Of a stretch of 61,663 bases of DNA, positions 10,309 to 21,457 are shown in pieces. Within the stretch, counting starts at the first letter, position 1; each line of letters starts with the position of its first letter. The notes beneath the pieces were generated by a model. It made no database searches. It saw only the letters and a program-made list of their open reading frames with translations, and had not been told where the DNA came from. The position numbers and the translations under genes were made by a program. This stretch comes from an uncultured Clostridium sp. (lineage in GTDB: Bacteria > Bacillota > Clostridia > Oscillospirales > CAG-272), in the NCBI GenBank assembly GCA_964526505.1, contig CAZGJC010000005.1:1-61663 (forward strand), in the 5' to 3' direction.

Positions 10309-11184
10309 TCAGACTAATTTTTCCTTTTTCAAACCTTTAACAATCGCATCCGCACATTTTTCCGGCGTCATAACATCACCGGAAAGTTTTATTCCGTTTT
10401 TCTTCAAGCGTTCAGCCAAATCTATACATTGAGGCAAGTCAAGACCCGCCGAACGCAATATTTCGGATTGTGCAAATACCTCTGTCGGGGTTCCGTTTAA
10501 AATAACCGAACCATTGTTAAACACAATGATTTTATCCGCTCTTACCGCTTCATCCATATAATGGGTAATATTCACTGTCGTAATATGGTTTTCACGATTG
10601 AGTTTTTCAATGGTCTCTATAACTTCTTTTCGTCCGACCGGGTCAAGCATAGCGGTCGATTCATCAAATATCATACATTCCGGCATCATTGCAATAATTC
10701 CGGCAATGGCAATTCGTTGTTTTTGTCCTCCCGAAAGACGATGCGGTTCATGCTTTGCGTATTTTGTCATACCAACAGTTTCCAATGCTTGATCAACACG
10801 CAAGCGTATTTCTTCTCTCGGCAATCCTAAGTTTTCGGGACCAAATGCAACGTCTTCTTCAACTATTGTAGCAACAAGTTGGTTGTCGGGATTTTGAAAC
10901 ACCATTCCGACTTTTTTTCTTATTTCATATATTTCATCTTCTGTCATATCCTCAGATAAAATATTTTTGCCGTCAATGATGATTTCCCCATCAAGAAAAT
11001 CATAATCATCTATTACCATAGTCAACAGTTTAGCAAAAGTTGATTTTCCCGATCCATTGTGTCCGAGTATTGCAACGTATTCACCTTTTTCAATTTCAAA
11101 AGATAAATTGTTAAGTGCCGGCACGGGATTATCATCGTTGCTACGGTATGAATAACTTAATCTATTAACTTTAATATAAGCCAT
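10309..11184 (-). CDS. ecfA1: ECF transporter ATPase A1
   Basis: GHNGSGKST, FQNPDNQ, LSGGQKQR; start moved to the ATG at 11184 (GAAGGGA RBS). Confidence 0.95.
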   Translation of the reverse strand: MAYIKVNRLSYSYRSNDDNPVPALNNLSFEIEKGEYVAILGHNGSGKSTFAKLLTMVIDDYDFLDGEIIIDGKNILSEDMTEDEIYEIRKKVGMVFQNPDNQLVATIVEEDVAFGPENLGLPREEIRLRVDQALETVGMTKYAKHEPHRLSGGQKQRIAIAGIIAMMPECMIFDESTAMLDPVGRKEVIETIEKLNRENHITTVNITHYMDEAVRADKIIVFNNGSVILNGTPTEVFAQSEILRSAGLDLPQCIDLAERLKKNGIKLSGDVMTPEKCADAIVKGLKKEKLV

Positions 11185-11226
11185 TATGATTTTCCCTTCT
11201 TCATCATTCAAATCCGAATTTAAAAA

Positions 11227-12105
11227 TTATTTTTTATACCAACGTGAACTTGCTCCACATGGTAAATATGCCCCGGTTTGGGTTACTTTCAGCCCGAGTT
11301 CTCCTGATTCTATATCTCCGCCATATATGGTTTTTACTTTGAGCGTCAATATATAACTCATCGTCAGAGGTGACAACCCGGTTGTATATGAATTTACGAG
11401 GAAGAACAGTGGGTCGTCAGAAAGCAATTTAGCAGTAAGGCTTATAAGTTCATCAATGCTGTCTTCGAGTTTCCAAACCTCGCCCGACGGGCCTCTTCCG
11501 TATGACGGAGGATCCATAATTATGCCGTCGTATTTGTTTCCACGTCTTATTTCACGTTCAACAAATTTCTTACAGTCATCAACTATATAGCGTATAGGTG
11601 CATCAGCAAGACCGGAACATATCGCATTTTCCTTTGCAAGTGCAACCATGCCTTTGGATGCGTCAACGTGAACAACCGATGCACCGGCATCTGCCGCAGC
11701 CATGGTAGCACCTCCGGTGTAGGCGAACAAATTCAAAACTTTAATTTGTCTCTGAGGATTTTTGGTTTTCTCACGTCTGATGATGTCGGAAAACCAATCC
11801 CAGTTTGCAGCCTGCTCCGGAAAAAGTCCCGTGTGTTTAAATCCCATGGGTTTTAAGACAAATCCGAGGTTTTTATATGATATTTTCCAAGACTCGGGGG
11901 TTTTTTGTTTTATCCATCCGCCACCTCCGTTTTGCGAACGTCTGTAAATACCGTCTGCCTTTTTCCAATATGGGTGTTTTGCAACATTTTTCCATATTAT
12001 TTGAGGATCGGGGCGTATAAGAATATACTCTCCCCATCTTTCCAATCGTTCGCCATCCGACACATCAAGTAATTCATAATCTTTCCAATTCTCACTGCAC
12101 CACAT
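11227..12105 (-). CDS. class I SAM-dependent methyltransferase (RlmI/RlmK-like catalytic domain)
   Basis: KHTGLFPEQ, VLNLFAYTGG, VDAS and DPPSYG motifs. Confidence 0.88.
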   Translation of the reverse strand: MWCSENWKDYELLDVSDGERLERWGEYILIRPDPQIIWKNVAKHPYWKKADGIYRRSQNGGGGWIKQKTPESWKISYKNLGFVLKPMGFKHTGLFPEQAANWDWFSDIIRREKTKNPQRQIKVLNLFAYTGGATMAAADAGASVVHVDASKGMVALAKENAICSGLADAPIRYIVDDCKKFVEREIRRGNKYDGIIMDPPSYGRGPSGEVWKLEDSIDELISLTAKLLSDDPLFFLVNSYTTGLSPLTMSYILTLKVKTIYGGDIESGELGLKVTQTGAYLPCGASSRWYKK

Positions 12106-12122
12106 ATGTAAATTCTCCGTAG

Positions 12123-12623
12123 TTATTTTTTATTATAGTATTGAGCAATTCGAGAACATCCCGAATGAGCGTGACATATTGCTATTGCAAGTGCATCTGC
12201 CGTATCGTCCGGTTTAGGAGGTTTTGGTAAGCCCAGCAAAGTTGTGACCATTGAAATCACCTGCTTTTTTTCCGCCCTTCCATACCCAACAACAGCCTGT
12301 TTAACTTGAAGTGGGGTATATTCAAAAAATTCGAGTCCGGCTTTTTTTGCCGACAAAAGGATAACGCCTCGTGCCTCTGCAACAAGTATTGCCGTTGTAG
12401 TGTTTGTATTGAAAAACAATTCCTCAACAGCAATTTGCTCGGGATGATACTTTTGGATTATTTCACACATTCCTTCATAAACCATAAGCAATCTTTCGGA
12501 TGGTTCAAGTCCGGCAGGTGTATTTATGGAACCATAGCCGAGTGTTTTAAATTTTGAGCCGTTATATTCAATCACACCCCAACCAACAATAGCATATCCG
12601 GGATCAATGCCGAGAATTATCAT
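12123..12623 (-). CDS. ruvC: Holliday junction resolvase RuvC
   Basis: ILGIDPG, AVEELFF, VVGYGRAEKKQV, PDDTADALAIAICH. Confidence 0.97.
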   Translation of the reverse strand: MIILGIDPGYAIVGWGVIEYNGSKFKTLGYGSINTPAGLEPSERLLMVYEGMCEIIQKYHPEQIAVEELFFNTNTTTAILVAEARGVILLSAKKAGLEFFEYTPLQVKQAVVGYGRAEKKQVISMVTTLLGLPKPPKPDDTADALAIAICHAHSGCSRIAQYYNKK

Positions 12624-12675
12624 CTGTTATCCTTTCGCACATTTTTGCAATAATAACCCATTATCAATACTCTAT

Positions 12676-12704
12676 ATTATATCACACAACCGCAACCGTG
12701 TCAA
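12676..12704 (-). promoter_or_regulatory. sigma-A promoter for the ruvC-led operon
   Basis: TTGACA-17bp-TATAAT, perfect consensus with an extended TG. Confidence 0.9.
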
Positions 12705-12755
12705 ATGAATTTTTGTTACAAATGTTAATTAAAGGAAAATTTATATTAAAACGAG

Positions 12756-12784
12756 TTTACAATTTATCCCACTTATGATATAAT
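12756..12784 (+). promoter_or_regulatory. sigma-A promoter for DUF951-yfhO-ruvAB
   Basis: TTTACA-17bp-TATAAT with an extended TG. Confidence 0.8.
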
Positions 12785-12822
12785 TTATAATATATATTAT
12801 TTTATAATTGGTGGAAAACGCA

Positions 12823-13005
12823 TTGAAAATTCTAAAACTTGACGTTGGAAATTTGGTAGAACTCAACAAGCCACATCCCTGTGGTGGAAACTTATTTAAA
12901 ATATTGAGGGTTGGCAGTGATGTTCGCATTGTTTGTCAAAACTGTGGTCGTGACGTTACGCTTCCACGTGAAAAACTCGAAAAAAACATTAAAACCATTA
13001 AATAA
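12823..13005 (+). CDS. DUF951 family small protein
   Basis: VELNKPHPCGG, RVGSDVRIVCQNCG pattern; TTG start at 12823 after GGTGG (ORF track start 12808). Confidence 0.85.
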   Translation: MKILKLDVGNLVELNKPHPCGGNLFKILRVGSDVRIVCQNCGRDVTLPREKLEKNIKTIK

Positions 13006-13072
13006 GTAATCCCGCAAAAAATTTTATTATTCGACCTCGCATCGAGGACATTCGAAAGGAAAAATTTGTTAA

Positions 13073-16000
13073 ATGAAAAAAAGCGAAGTAGCAATAGAAC
13101 AATCAAAAAACAAAAAATCATCAATCCGATTCAAAAACATATTGCTTGATGTAAAAAACAAATATGCTTATATTGGGCTGGCAGGAATAATACCTGCTAT
13201 AATAGTCATTATAATTTATATGATTGCAACGGGAGGTCTCTATCCTTTCGGAAACGGCTCACCACTGATTCTCGACTTGAACTCGCAGTACATTTACTTT
13301 TTCTCCGCCTTGCGTAATGCAATATTCGGAAACGGCGAATTGCTTTACTCGTTTTCACGTTCTCTCGGAGGAGAATTTCTCGGAATATATGCATATTATC
13401 TTGCCAGTCCCCTTTCATATTTGGTGTGCTTGTTCCCTGCCGACAAAATGCAAGAATTTGCACTGTTTTTGATGACTCTTAAAACGGCACTTTGTGGCAT
13501 GACGATGGGTTACTATTTGCATAAACACTCCGAAAAATACCGCAAACCGGTTATAGTGGCGTTTGCAATAATGTATGCATTATGTTCATATGCAATAGTT
13601 TATCAATCAAACACTATGTGGATAGATGCACTCATATGGCTTCCGATTTTAACGCTCGGAATCGAATCTCTTGTCAAATTCGGGAAATATAAACTTTTTG
13701 TAATATCACTTAGTATGACAATTGCGAGCAATTACTATATAGGCTATATGTGTTGCATATACGTATTGCTGTATTTCCTATACTATAATTTTTCATTTAA
13801 AGACAATTTGATAAATAATCCTCGTAATGAAAAAAATCATTTTGTCAAGTCAACTGTAAGAATCGCAATATTCTCTGCAATTGCAATTTTGATATCCGCT
13901 GTAATAGTACTCGGTGCCTATTACTCTCTTTCTTTCGGAAAAAATGACTTTTCAAATCCGGATTACGACATATCCACACGAATCAACCTTTTTGACGTTA
14001 TCTTTAAGTTATACCCCGGCTCCTATGACACGGTTCGTCCGACAAATTTCACAACAGGTGAAAATGCCACTGTCGCAACGGCAGGATTTCCGTTTATTTA
14101 TTGCGGATTGATAACTTTGCTTTTAATCCCTGTATTTTTTGCGTCAAAAAAATTTACTGTGCGTGAGAAAATCGGTTCCGCTGTATTTATTGGATTTTTT
14201 ATACTGAGTTTCTTAATATCCATAATAGATATTGCGTGGCACGGATTTCAGAATCCACAATGGCTCAATAACAGATATAGTTTTATGCTGTCGTTCATTA
14301 TGATAGTGATAGCATTCCGAGCCTTTGAAAATATCGAAGAAAAAGGAATAGAAAATACAATTATTTTTTCGGCAATATTCTTCGGTGCATTTGCGGTCAT
14401 AATTCAAAAACTTGCCCCTGAAATCAACGAGGGGATTCAGAAAGTAAACTCTAAATTCGAACTTGGAAACTTCCAGTTTGCATTGTTCAGCGTTATTATG
14501 ATAGCAATTTATCTTGTTATTGTTGCTGTAATGCGACGCTCGGACAATAAAGCACTCGTATCGACAATTCTCTTGGCGGTAATCTCCGTGGAAATGTTGC
14601 TAAACGGAATTTCAAACACCGTTGATTTTGCCGATGACGTTGTTTTTACAACTTATTCAAAGTATGATGAATTCCAAAATTTGATGTATCCCATCATCGA
14701 GACCATACAGGATAATGACAGTTCGTTTTACCGAATGGAGAAAACAGCATATCGAAAACCGAACGACAATATGCAGTTTGGAATAAGAGGACTTTCAAAC
14801 AGCACTTCCACTCTAAACGCATCAACCATTCAACTTCTGCAAATGATGGGATATTCCGCAAGAGCCCAATGGTCCATATATCTCGGTGGGAACCCCGTAA
14901 ACGATTCAATATTCGGTCTTAAATATATAATATCCGACAGGGATTATTCCGAATTTTACGGCGACCCGATATACACAGCCGAAGATTACGCCAAACACGA
15001 AGGCATTTCAGTTGACGAACTCATAGAAAATACAACCGCAAATAATTCAAAATCGGAAAATTATAACGGAAAGTCATCTGCTGATTTTTACGTATATAAA
15101 AATCCGTATGCACTTTCATTGGCGTATGCTGTATCCGACAGTGTAATTGACTTCAATATGAAAGCCTATAATATGTACACGGGAGATCTAAATCCGAACG
15201 GTTACACAAATCCTTTCGATAGACTTAACGCTCTGGTAACCGCTATGCTTGGAGCGGACAAAACGGTAGAAATATTTAAACCTGCAAAGCAAGATAGCGT
15301 AACATATTCGGATGACGTAAAACATAATTATACAGCGGTCAAGGGTGAAAATTCCGTTGCACAGCATAAGTACGTCGGTAAAAACGGCACAGTAACTTAT
15401 AATTACACAATACCGACGAATAAAACACTCTATCTTTATCTGCCGAGATATTATTCGTCACAGGTTGAAATATCAGCAAGTCAGCCGATAGCAGACGGCA
15501 CTAAAACATTCGGAAATAACGTGGCAACTAATCCGACAACCAGAATTGTTGAACTCGGAAGTTTCGATACAAGCGATTATCAACTGAATATTAAGATAAC
15601 CGATTCAAACGGATATTTTTATGTTTTGGAACAGGAATCATATATATACTACGTTGATACCGACGTTCTTGCAGAAGTTGCATCAAAATTGCAAAAAAAT
15701 CAACTTAATATAACGGAATATACCGAAAGCAGTTTTAAAGGCACTATAACAACCGAAAGTGATAACCAATTGATCTTGACAACTATTCCCTACGATGAGG
15801 GATGGGAAATAAAAGTTGACGGCAAAGTTGTAGATCTTTACGACGCTCTCGACACAACGCCGGGCGAAGATGGCGGAGGTGCATTGACCGCATTTAAAAT
15901 CGATTCTTCCGGAGAACATACCGTGACTATGGAATACAAACCGAAGATTGTAATTGTCGGTGCGACAATATCAGGATTTTCAATTGCTTTTTTCATTGCA

Positions 16001-16162
16001 ATCGTTGTGCTTGAAAAGAAACTAATCAAAATACCGATTTTAAGAAAAGTATTCTATATTGAAGACTGCACAGACTGCAATGACGACGAAAATAATATAA
16101 CGAATTTTGATAAACCCAAGTTAAATAAATCACTGTCACGGACGAAAGGACAACCAAAGTAA
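13073..16162 (+). CDS. YfhO family polytopic membrane protein (GT-C-type cell-envelope glycosyltransferase)
   Basis: DLNSQY, YYLASP, SNYYIGYM, RYSF, YKNPYALSLAY, TTIPYDEGW motifs; many TMs plus a large external domain. Confidence 0.88.
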   Translation: MKKSEVAIEQSKNKKSSIRFKNILLDVKNKYAYIGLAGIIPAIIVIIIYMIATGGLYPFGNGSPLILDLNSQYIYFFSALRNAIFGNGELLYSFSRSLGGEFLGIYAYYLASPLSYLVCLFPADKMQEFALFLMTLKTALCGMTMGYYLHKHSEKYRKPVIVAFAIMYALCSYAIVYQSNTMWIDALIWLPILTLGIESLVKFGKYKLFVISLSMTIASNYYIGYMCCIYVLLYFLYYNFSFKDNLINNPRNEKNHFVKSTVRIAIFSAIAILISAVIVLGAYYSLSFGKNDFSNPDYDISTRINLFDVIFKLYPGSYDTVRPTNFTTGENATVATAGFPFIYCGLITLLLIPVFFASKKFTVREKIGSAVFIGFFILSFLISIIDIAWHGFQNPQWLNNRYSFMLSFIMIVIAFRAFENIEEKGIENTIIFSAIFFGAFAVIIQKLAPEINEGIQKVNSKFELGNFQFALFSVIMIAIYLVIVAVMRRSDNKALVSTILLAVISVEMLLNGISNTVDFADDVVFTTYSKYDEFQNLMYPIIETIQDNDSSFYRMEKTAYRKPNDNMQFGIRGLSNSTSTLNASTIQLLQMMGYSARAQWSIYLGGNPVNDSIFGLKYIISDRDYSEFYGDPIYTAEDYAKHEGISVDELIENTTANNSKSENYNGKSSADFYVYKNPYALSLAYAVSDSVIDFNMKAYNMYTGDLNPNGYTNPFDRLNALVTAMLGADKTVEIFKPAKQDSVTYSDDVKHNYTAVKGENSVAQHKYVGKNGTVTYNYTIPTNKTLYLYLPRYYSSQVEISASQPIADGTKTFGNNVATNPTTRIVELGSFDTSDYQLNIKITDSNGYFYVLEQESYIYYVDTDVLAEVASKLQKNQLNITEYTESSFKGTITTESDNQLILTTIPYDEGWEIKVDGKVVDLYDALDTTPGEDGGGALTAFKIDSSGEHTVTMEYKPKIVIVGATISGFSIAFFIAIVVLEKKLIKIPILRKVFYIEDCTDCNDDENNITNFDKPKLNKSLSRTKGQPK

Positions 16163-16782
16163 TGTTTCAATATATTTCAGGTTCACTTGCTCAAATAACT
16201 CCGAATTATGCGGTTGTTGACGTGTGCGGAATAGGATATAAACTTGTAATAAGCGGAAACTCCTATGAGCATCTTGCCCACTCGACGCAGGAATCGGTAA
16301 AACTTTACACGTATCTTGCGGTTCGTGAAGACGGCATAGAACTTTTCGGATTTTACAGCGAAACCGAACTTTCCACGTTTAAAATGCTACTGTCTGTATC
16401 CGGAGTTGGACCGAAAGCGGCAATATCCATTCTTTCACTTCTAACACCCGAAAAGTTTGCACTTGCCGTTTGCACGGATGACAAAAAGACAATATCCAAA
16501 GCAAGCGGAATAGGTCCTAAAACCGCCGCACGCATTATCCTCGAATTAAAAGACAAACTCGCAAAGCAAACCAACATTGACGCTTCACTTGCAGACGCAG
16601 TTTCGTCAGGTGGCGGATATACTGCATCGACACCGCACGGTAAACTTGCAGAAGCACAGGATGCACTGTCTGTTCTCGGGTACAGTAGAAGTGAGGCTAT
16701 GCGTGTTCTTGGCGAAATCGATACTCAAAATATGAATTTGGAACAAATTATAAAAGAATCGCTTAAACGACTGATGAAATAA
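16162..16782 (+). CDS. ruvA: Holliday junction branch migration protein RuvA
   Basis: [36 protein letters not shown]; start overlaps the upstream stop (TAATG). Confidence 0.97.
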   Translation: MFQYISGSLAQITPNYAVVDVCGIGYKLVISGNSYEHLAHSTQESVKLYTYLAVREDGIELFGFYSETELSTFKMLLSVSGVGPKAAISILSLLTPEKFALAVCTDDKKTISKASGIGPKTAARIILELKDKLAKQTNIDASLADAVSSGGGYTASTPHGKLAEAQDALSVLGYSRSEAMRVLGEIDTQNMNLEQIIKESLKRLMK

Positions 16783-16799
16783 TCAAATGGAGATTTAAA

Positions 16800-17861
16800 A
16801 TGGATTTTACAGAAGATTTAGACTTTGAAAACCGAATAGTGTCCACGTCGTATTCACCCGAAGACGGCGACACGGACACTTCTCTTCGCCCTCAAACTTT
16901 GGATGATTATATAGGTCAAGACAAAGCAAAAGAAAATCTCAAAGTTTATATGGATGCGGCAAAATTCAGGGGGGAATCACTTGACCACGTACTTCTCTAC
17001 GGACCTCCCGGACTCGGAAAAACAACTCTTTCCAATATAGTTGCAACTGAAATGGGCGTAAATATACGTACCACGTCGGGTCCCGCAATCGAAAAGCAAG
17101 GGGATTTGGCGGCACTTCTCACCAACCTTAACGAGGGAGACGTTTTGTTTATAGATGAAATACACCGCCTCTCACGCTCGGTTGAAGAGATTTTGTATCC
17201 CGCAATGGAAGATTTTGCACTTGACATAATTATAGGCAAGGGACCGTCCGCAAGAAGTATCCGAATAGATTTGCCAAAATTTACGCTTATCGGAGCAACA
17301 ACACGTGCCGGTCAACTTACAACACCTCTCAGAGATCGTTTCGGTGTACTTTTAAAACTTGAATTGTACACGCCCGAACAACTTGCAACCATAGTAAAAC
17401 GAAGTGCAACGATTCTCGGCATAGGAATAAACGAAAACGGTGCGTATGAAATAGCGTCACGTTCAAGAGGAACACCTCGTATTGCAAACAGATTGCTTAA
17501 ACGTGTCCGTGACTTTGCCCAAGTATCGGGAAAAGACGTAATTGACGAAGAAATAGCGTCGTACGCTCTTGAAAAACTCGAAATAGACGAACTCGGACTT
17601 GATAATACTGACCGTCGTATGCTTGAAACAATAATTAAATTTTATGACGGTGGTCCCGTTGGACTTGAAACGCTTGCGGCAACCATAGGAGAAGAGGCTG
17701 TAACACTTGAAGACGTTTACGAACCGTATCTTATGCAAATAGGAATGTTGTCCAGAACTCCACGTGGAAGATGTGTCACACGACTTGCATATGAGCGTCT
17801 CGGAATACCTTTTGGCAACCATAAGAATAACTCGGAACAAATAGATATATTCAATCATTAA
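16800..17861 (+). CDS. ruvB: Holliday junction branch migration helicase RuvB
   Basis: [39 protein letters not shown]. Confidence 0.98.
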   Translation: MDFTEDLDFENRIVSTSYSPEDGDTDTSLRPQTLDDYIGQDKAKENLKVYMDAAKFRGESLDHVLLYGPPGLGKTTLSNIVATEMGVNIRTTSGPAIEKQGDLAALLTNLNEGDVLFIDEIHRLSRSVEEILYPAMEDFALDIIIGKGPSARSIRIDLPKFTLIGATTRAGQLTTPLRDRFGVLLKLELYTPEQLATIVKRSATILGIGINENGAYEIASRSRGTPRIANRLLKRVRDFAQVSGKDVIDEEIASYALEKLEIDELGLDNTDRRMLETIIKFYDGGPVGLETLAATIGEEAVTLEDVYEPYLMQIGMLSRTPRGRCVTRLAYERLGIPFGNHKNNSEQIDIFNH

Positions 17862-17898
17862 AAAATGCTCGAATGGATAATTTCCATTCGAGCATTTT
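17862..17898. terminator. bidirectional intrinsic terminator
   Basis: AAAATGCTCGAATGGA-TAATT-TCCATTCGAGCATTTT between convergent genes. Confidence 0.9.
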
Positions 17899-17900
17899 GC

Positions 17901-19667
17901 TTATTCAAATTGACTGTTCCATAACTTTGCGTAAAATCCGCCTTTGGAGAGCAACTCGGAATGATTGCCTTTTTCGATAATCTTTCCGTTCTCCATAACA
18001 AGGATAATATCCGCTTCTTTTATCGTGGAAAGTCTGTGTGCTACTATAAATGACGTTCTTCCCCTCATCATTAAAGCGAAAGAATTTTGAATTTTTATTT
18101 CCGTTCTCGTATCGATAGATGAAGTTGCCTCGTCAAGTATCAGCATAGGAGGCAAGGAAAGCAATACTCTTGTAATACAAAGAAGTTGCTTTTGACCTTG
18201 CGATAAAGCACCGCCATCTTCCCCTATAACGGTATCATACCCATTTGGCATACGCCTGATGAAACTATGTGCGTGCGTTTGTTTTGCCGCATTGATTATT
18301 TCTTCGTCCGTCGCATCGGGTTTTCCCATCGTTATGTTTTCACGTATCGTACCGGACTTCAACCACGTGTCCTGTAAAACCATACCGTACGACTCACGCA
18401 AAGATGATCTCGTAAGTGAATTTATTGCGTAACCGCTTACGTTTATTTCCCCGCTGTCAACGTCGTAAAATCTCATAAGAATATTTATAACCGTTGTTTT
18501 TCCGCAACCCGTAGGACCGACTATCGCAACTCTTTGCCCTTTCTTTATCGACAAATTAAAATCACGTATCAATTCTTTTTCGGGATTATATGAAAAACAA
18601 ACGTTTTCGATTTTAACGCTTCCGTCTACTTCGTCACGATTTAAAACGTGTGCGTCAACAGCGTCGGGAATTTGCGATGGTTGGTCTACAAGTTCAAATA
18701 ATCGAGACGCACAGGCAAACGAATTTTGAAGTTCCGTAACAACACCGGAAATTTCATTAAACGGCTTTGTGTACTGATTTGCGTAGTTCAAAAGCGAGAA
18801 AAGACCGCCAACGGTTAAAGCCCCCTCGGCATTTCCCTGCGATATACATATAATTGCACCGATAAACGCAACCACGGCATATACGAGATTGTTTACAAAA
18901 CGTGTGCAAGGATTTGTGAGAGACGAATAAAACAACGCTTTAAGCGAAGTTTTTTCAAGCCTGCCGTTTATTTCGTCGAATTTTTCAAGTGCCTCGTCTT
19001 CGTGACAAAATGCCGCAACAACCTTGTGTTCACCTATCATTTCGTCTATAAGTGAGGTTTGTTCCGCACGTATTTCCGACTGCATTTTAAATAACGAAAA
19101 CGTGTTTTTCGCTATAAAAGTCGCAACGAAAAGTGAAAGAGGCGTTATGACCACAACCGCTATCGCTATCGGAACGTTTATGGATATCATAAATCCTATT
19201 GTTCCGAATATCGTAAGTACTCCCGTGAAGAATTGCGAAAATCCCATAAGTAATCCGTCGCCGAATTGGTCAACGTCGGTAATTACTCTGCTTACCGTGT
19301 CTCCCACTGATTTTGTGTCAAGATATGAGAGAGGCAATTCCTGAATTTTAATAAAAGCGTCACGTCTTAATTTCTTGACTATTCCGAAAGTAATGCGGTT
19401 GTTGCAAATATTCATTATCCACTGGCTTAAAGCCGTAAGACCGCACAAAACTCCTATTGTAATAAGTATCTTGTATATTCCGTCAAAATCAACTTCGCCT
19501 TTTCCAACGGCAAGGTCTATTGCCTCACCCGCAAGAATCGGAACATAAAGCGTACCTATAACTATAAACGTTGCAAGTAATAATGAAAGACAGAAAAGAA
19601 TTCTGTAACCTCTCATATATTTGAGAATTTTAGAGAAAACTCCCTTTTTGTTCGAGGTATTAGACAT
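17901..19667 (-). CDS. heterodimeric ABC exporter subunit (permease plus consensus NBD)
   Basis: 6-TM domain, GPTGCGKTT, LSQGQKQ, LILDEATS, AHRLST; start moved to 19667 (GGAGGTGAG RBS). Confidence 0.93.
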   Translation of the reverse strand: MSNTSNKKGVFSKILKYMRGYRILFCLSLLLATFIVIGTLYVPILAGEAIDLAVGKGEVDFDGIYKILITIGVLCGLTALSQWIMNICNNRITFGIVKKLRRDAFIKIQELPLSYLDTKSVGDTVSRVITDVDQFGDGLLMGFSQFFTGVLTIFGTIGFMISINVPIAIAVVVITPLSLFVATFIAKNTFSLFKMQSEIRAEQTSLIDEMIGEHKVVAAFCHEDEALEKFDEINGRLEKTSLKALFYSSLTNPCTRFVNNLVYAVVAFIGAIICISQGNAEGALTVGGLFSLLNYANQYTKPFNEISGVVTELQNSFACASRLFELVDQPSQIPDAVDAHVLNRDEVDGSVKIENVCFSYNPEKELIRDFNLSIKKGQRVAIVGPTGCGKTTVINILMRFYDVDSGEINVSGYAINSLTRSSLRESYGMVLQDTWLKSGTIRENITMGKPDATDEEIINAAKQTHAHSFIRRMPNGYDTVIGEDGGALSQGQKQLLCITRVLLSLPPMLILDEATSSIDTRTEIKIQNSFALMMRGRTSFIVAHRLSTIKEADIILVMENGKIIEKGNHSELLSKGGFYAKLWNSQFE

Positions 19668-21393
19668 TTGCCTCACCTCCCTTGAACTGTGAATCGTAAA
19701 TTTCACGGTAAATTTCGCAATTTTCAAGCAGTTCCTCGTGCTTTCCGCTTCCTACGACCTGACCGTCATCAAGCACAAGAATAAGATCCGAATGTGCTAT
19801 TGAAGAGGTTCTTTGAGATATAATAAAAATGCAAGGTGAATAACTGAGATTCTTTATAGCCGAGCGTAACTTTGATTCAGTGGCAAAGTCCAAAGCGGAC
19901 GCAGAATCATCGAATATCAAAACGGGTGATTTTGAAACCACTGCCCTTGCAATGCAAAGTCTTTGACGTTGTCCGCCCGAAAAGTTCTTACCTTTTTGCT
20001 CAACTTTTGCGTCAAGACCGCCGTCCTTTTCACGAACAAAATCCGCAGCCTGTGCCACTTCGAGAGCCTCCCAAAGTTCCTCATCGGTTGCGTCCGGCTT
20101 GCCCCAGCAAAGATTGGAACGCACACTTCCTTTGAACAATACTGCCTTTTGCGGAACAACGCCAATCTGAGAACGCAAAAACGTAAGATTATAATCCGAA
20201 ACATTTCGCCCCATAAAGTTTACCGTCCCCGACGTTGCGTCGTAAAATCTCGGTATCATATTCACAAGCGTTGTTTTTCCGCATCCCGTACCGCCGATAA
20301 CACCGACCGTCATGCCTCTGTACGCCTTAAAATTCACGCCCGATACCGACGGAGCGACTGCACCGTGATACGTCATCGCAACGTTGTCAAACTCAACGAC
20401 AGGCAAATTTTCGTCACCCGTCGCTTCAATATTTCCGGTAGAAAACATACCCGTGGGTGTATCAAATACCGCCTGTACACGTTTTCCGCAGGCCAACGCC
20501 TTTGTTACAAGGAATATTGTATTTGCAAGTTTAACCAACTCAACAAGTATCTGAGACATATAGTTGTACATCGCTATAAGTCCGCCTTGAAGCATAACTC
20601 CTCCGTTTATATACGGTGCGGAGAAATAAATAATCGCAATTATTCCGAGATTTACCACGACGTACGTCAAAGGATTCATAAGTGCGGTTATTCTGCCGGT
20701 AAAATTCTGTATTTTTGTGTGCGATTCGTTAGCCTTTTCAAATTCCGCAATCTCGTCGTTTTCCTTGTTAAATGCACGAATAACACGCACACCGTTTAAA
20801 CTTTCACGTGTAAGTGCCGTTACTCTGTCAAGTCTTGACTGAACTTTTCTGTAAAGCGGAATGCCTGCCAAGATTATACCGAAAACTATAATCGAAAGAA
20901 TGGGAATTACCACAACGAACGTAAGTGCGATTTTCGAGTTTATCAAAAATGCCATTATCATCGCACCGAAAACTATAATAGGCGAACGCAAAAAAAGCCT
21001 CAACGTCATATTAACGCCGGATTGTAATTGATTGACGTCGCTTGTCATACGTGTGATCATAGATGACGTTCCGATTTTGTCCGTCTCCGAATAGGAAAAT
21101 CCGCCGAGATGAGCGAACAGTGCGTGCCTCATTCTCGTCGCCATGCCGACCGACGCTTTTGCCGCAAAAAACTGTGCCGTCAGCGATGACGCAAGTCCCA
21201 CAATTCCGAGGGCAACGAGCAAAAGACACATTTTCACTACGTACTGCCTGTCACCGTTGGCTATTCCGTTATCGACTATTGCCTGAACGACAAGCGGTAC
21301 CATAAGGTCAAAACACGCTTCAAGCAATTTGAACGTCGGTGCAAGCACACATTCGAGTTTGTAATGCTTTAAAAATCTTAGAATTGGTTTCAT
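19660..21393 (-). CDS. heterodimeric ABC exporter subunit (permease plus degenerate NBD)
   Basis: GGTGCGKTT, FSGGQRQR, Walker B IFDDS (E to D) and H-switch SQR (H to Q), as is typical of TM287-type subunits. Confidence 0.93.
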   Translation of the reverse strand: MKPILRFLKHYKLECVLAPTFKLLEACFDLMVPLVVQAIVDNGIANGDRQYVVKMCLLLVALGIVGLASSLTAQFFAAKASVGMATRMRHALFAHLGGFSYSETDKIGTSSMITRMTSDVNQLQSGVNMTLRLFLRSPIIVFGAMIMAFLINSKIALTFVVVIPILSIIVFGIILAGIPLYRKVQSRLDRVTALTRESLNGVRVIRAFNKENDEIAEFEKANESHTKIQNFTGRITALMNPLTYVVVNLGIIAIIYFSAPYINGGVMLQGGLIAMYNYMSQILVELVKLANTIFLVTKALACGKRVQAVFDTPTGMFSTGNIEATGDENLPVVEFDNVAMTYHGAVAPSVSGVNFKAYRGMTVGVIGGTGCGKTTLVNMIPRFYDATSGTVNFMGRNVSDYNLTFLRSQIGVVPQKAVLFKGSVRSNLCWGKPDATDEELWEALEVAQAADFVREKDGGLDAKVEQKGKNFSGGQRQRLCIARAVVSKSPVLIFDDSASALDFATESKLRSAIKNLSYSPCIFIISQRTSSIAHSDLILVLDDGQVVGSGKHEELLENCEIYREIYDSQFKGGEANV

Positions 21394-21421
21394 ATCTGTC
21401 TCCTGTCAATATATCCTGTTT

Positions 21422-21450
21422 ATTATAGCACTTACGACATTTAAAATCAA
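21422..21450 (-). promoter_or_regulatory. sigma-A promoter for the ABC exporter pair
   Basis: TTGATT-17bp-TATAAT with an extended TG. Confidence 0.75.
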
Positions 21451-21457
21451 GTATTAT

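Noticed and set aside
19963-20799. 278-aa plus-strand ORF
   Set aside because: It lies wholly antisense to a well-supported ABC exporter gene and has no RBS or recognisable motif; a shadow ORF.
19660-21393. Degenerate Walker B and H-switch in an ABC subunit as a sign of pseudogenisation
   Set aside because: This is the normal asymmetric site of heterodimeric ABC exporters; the partner subunit has consensus motifs.
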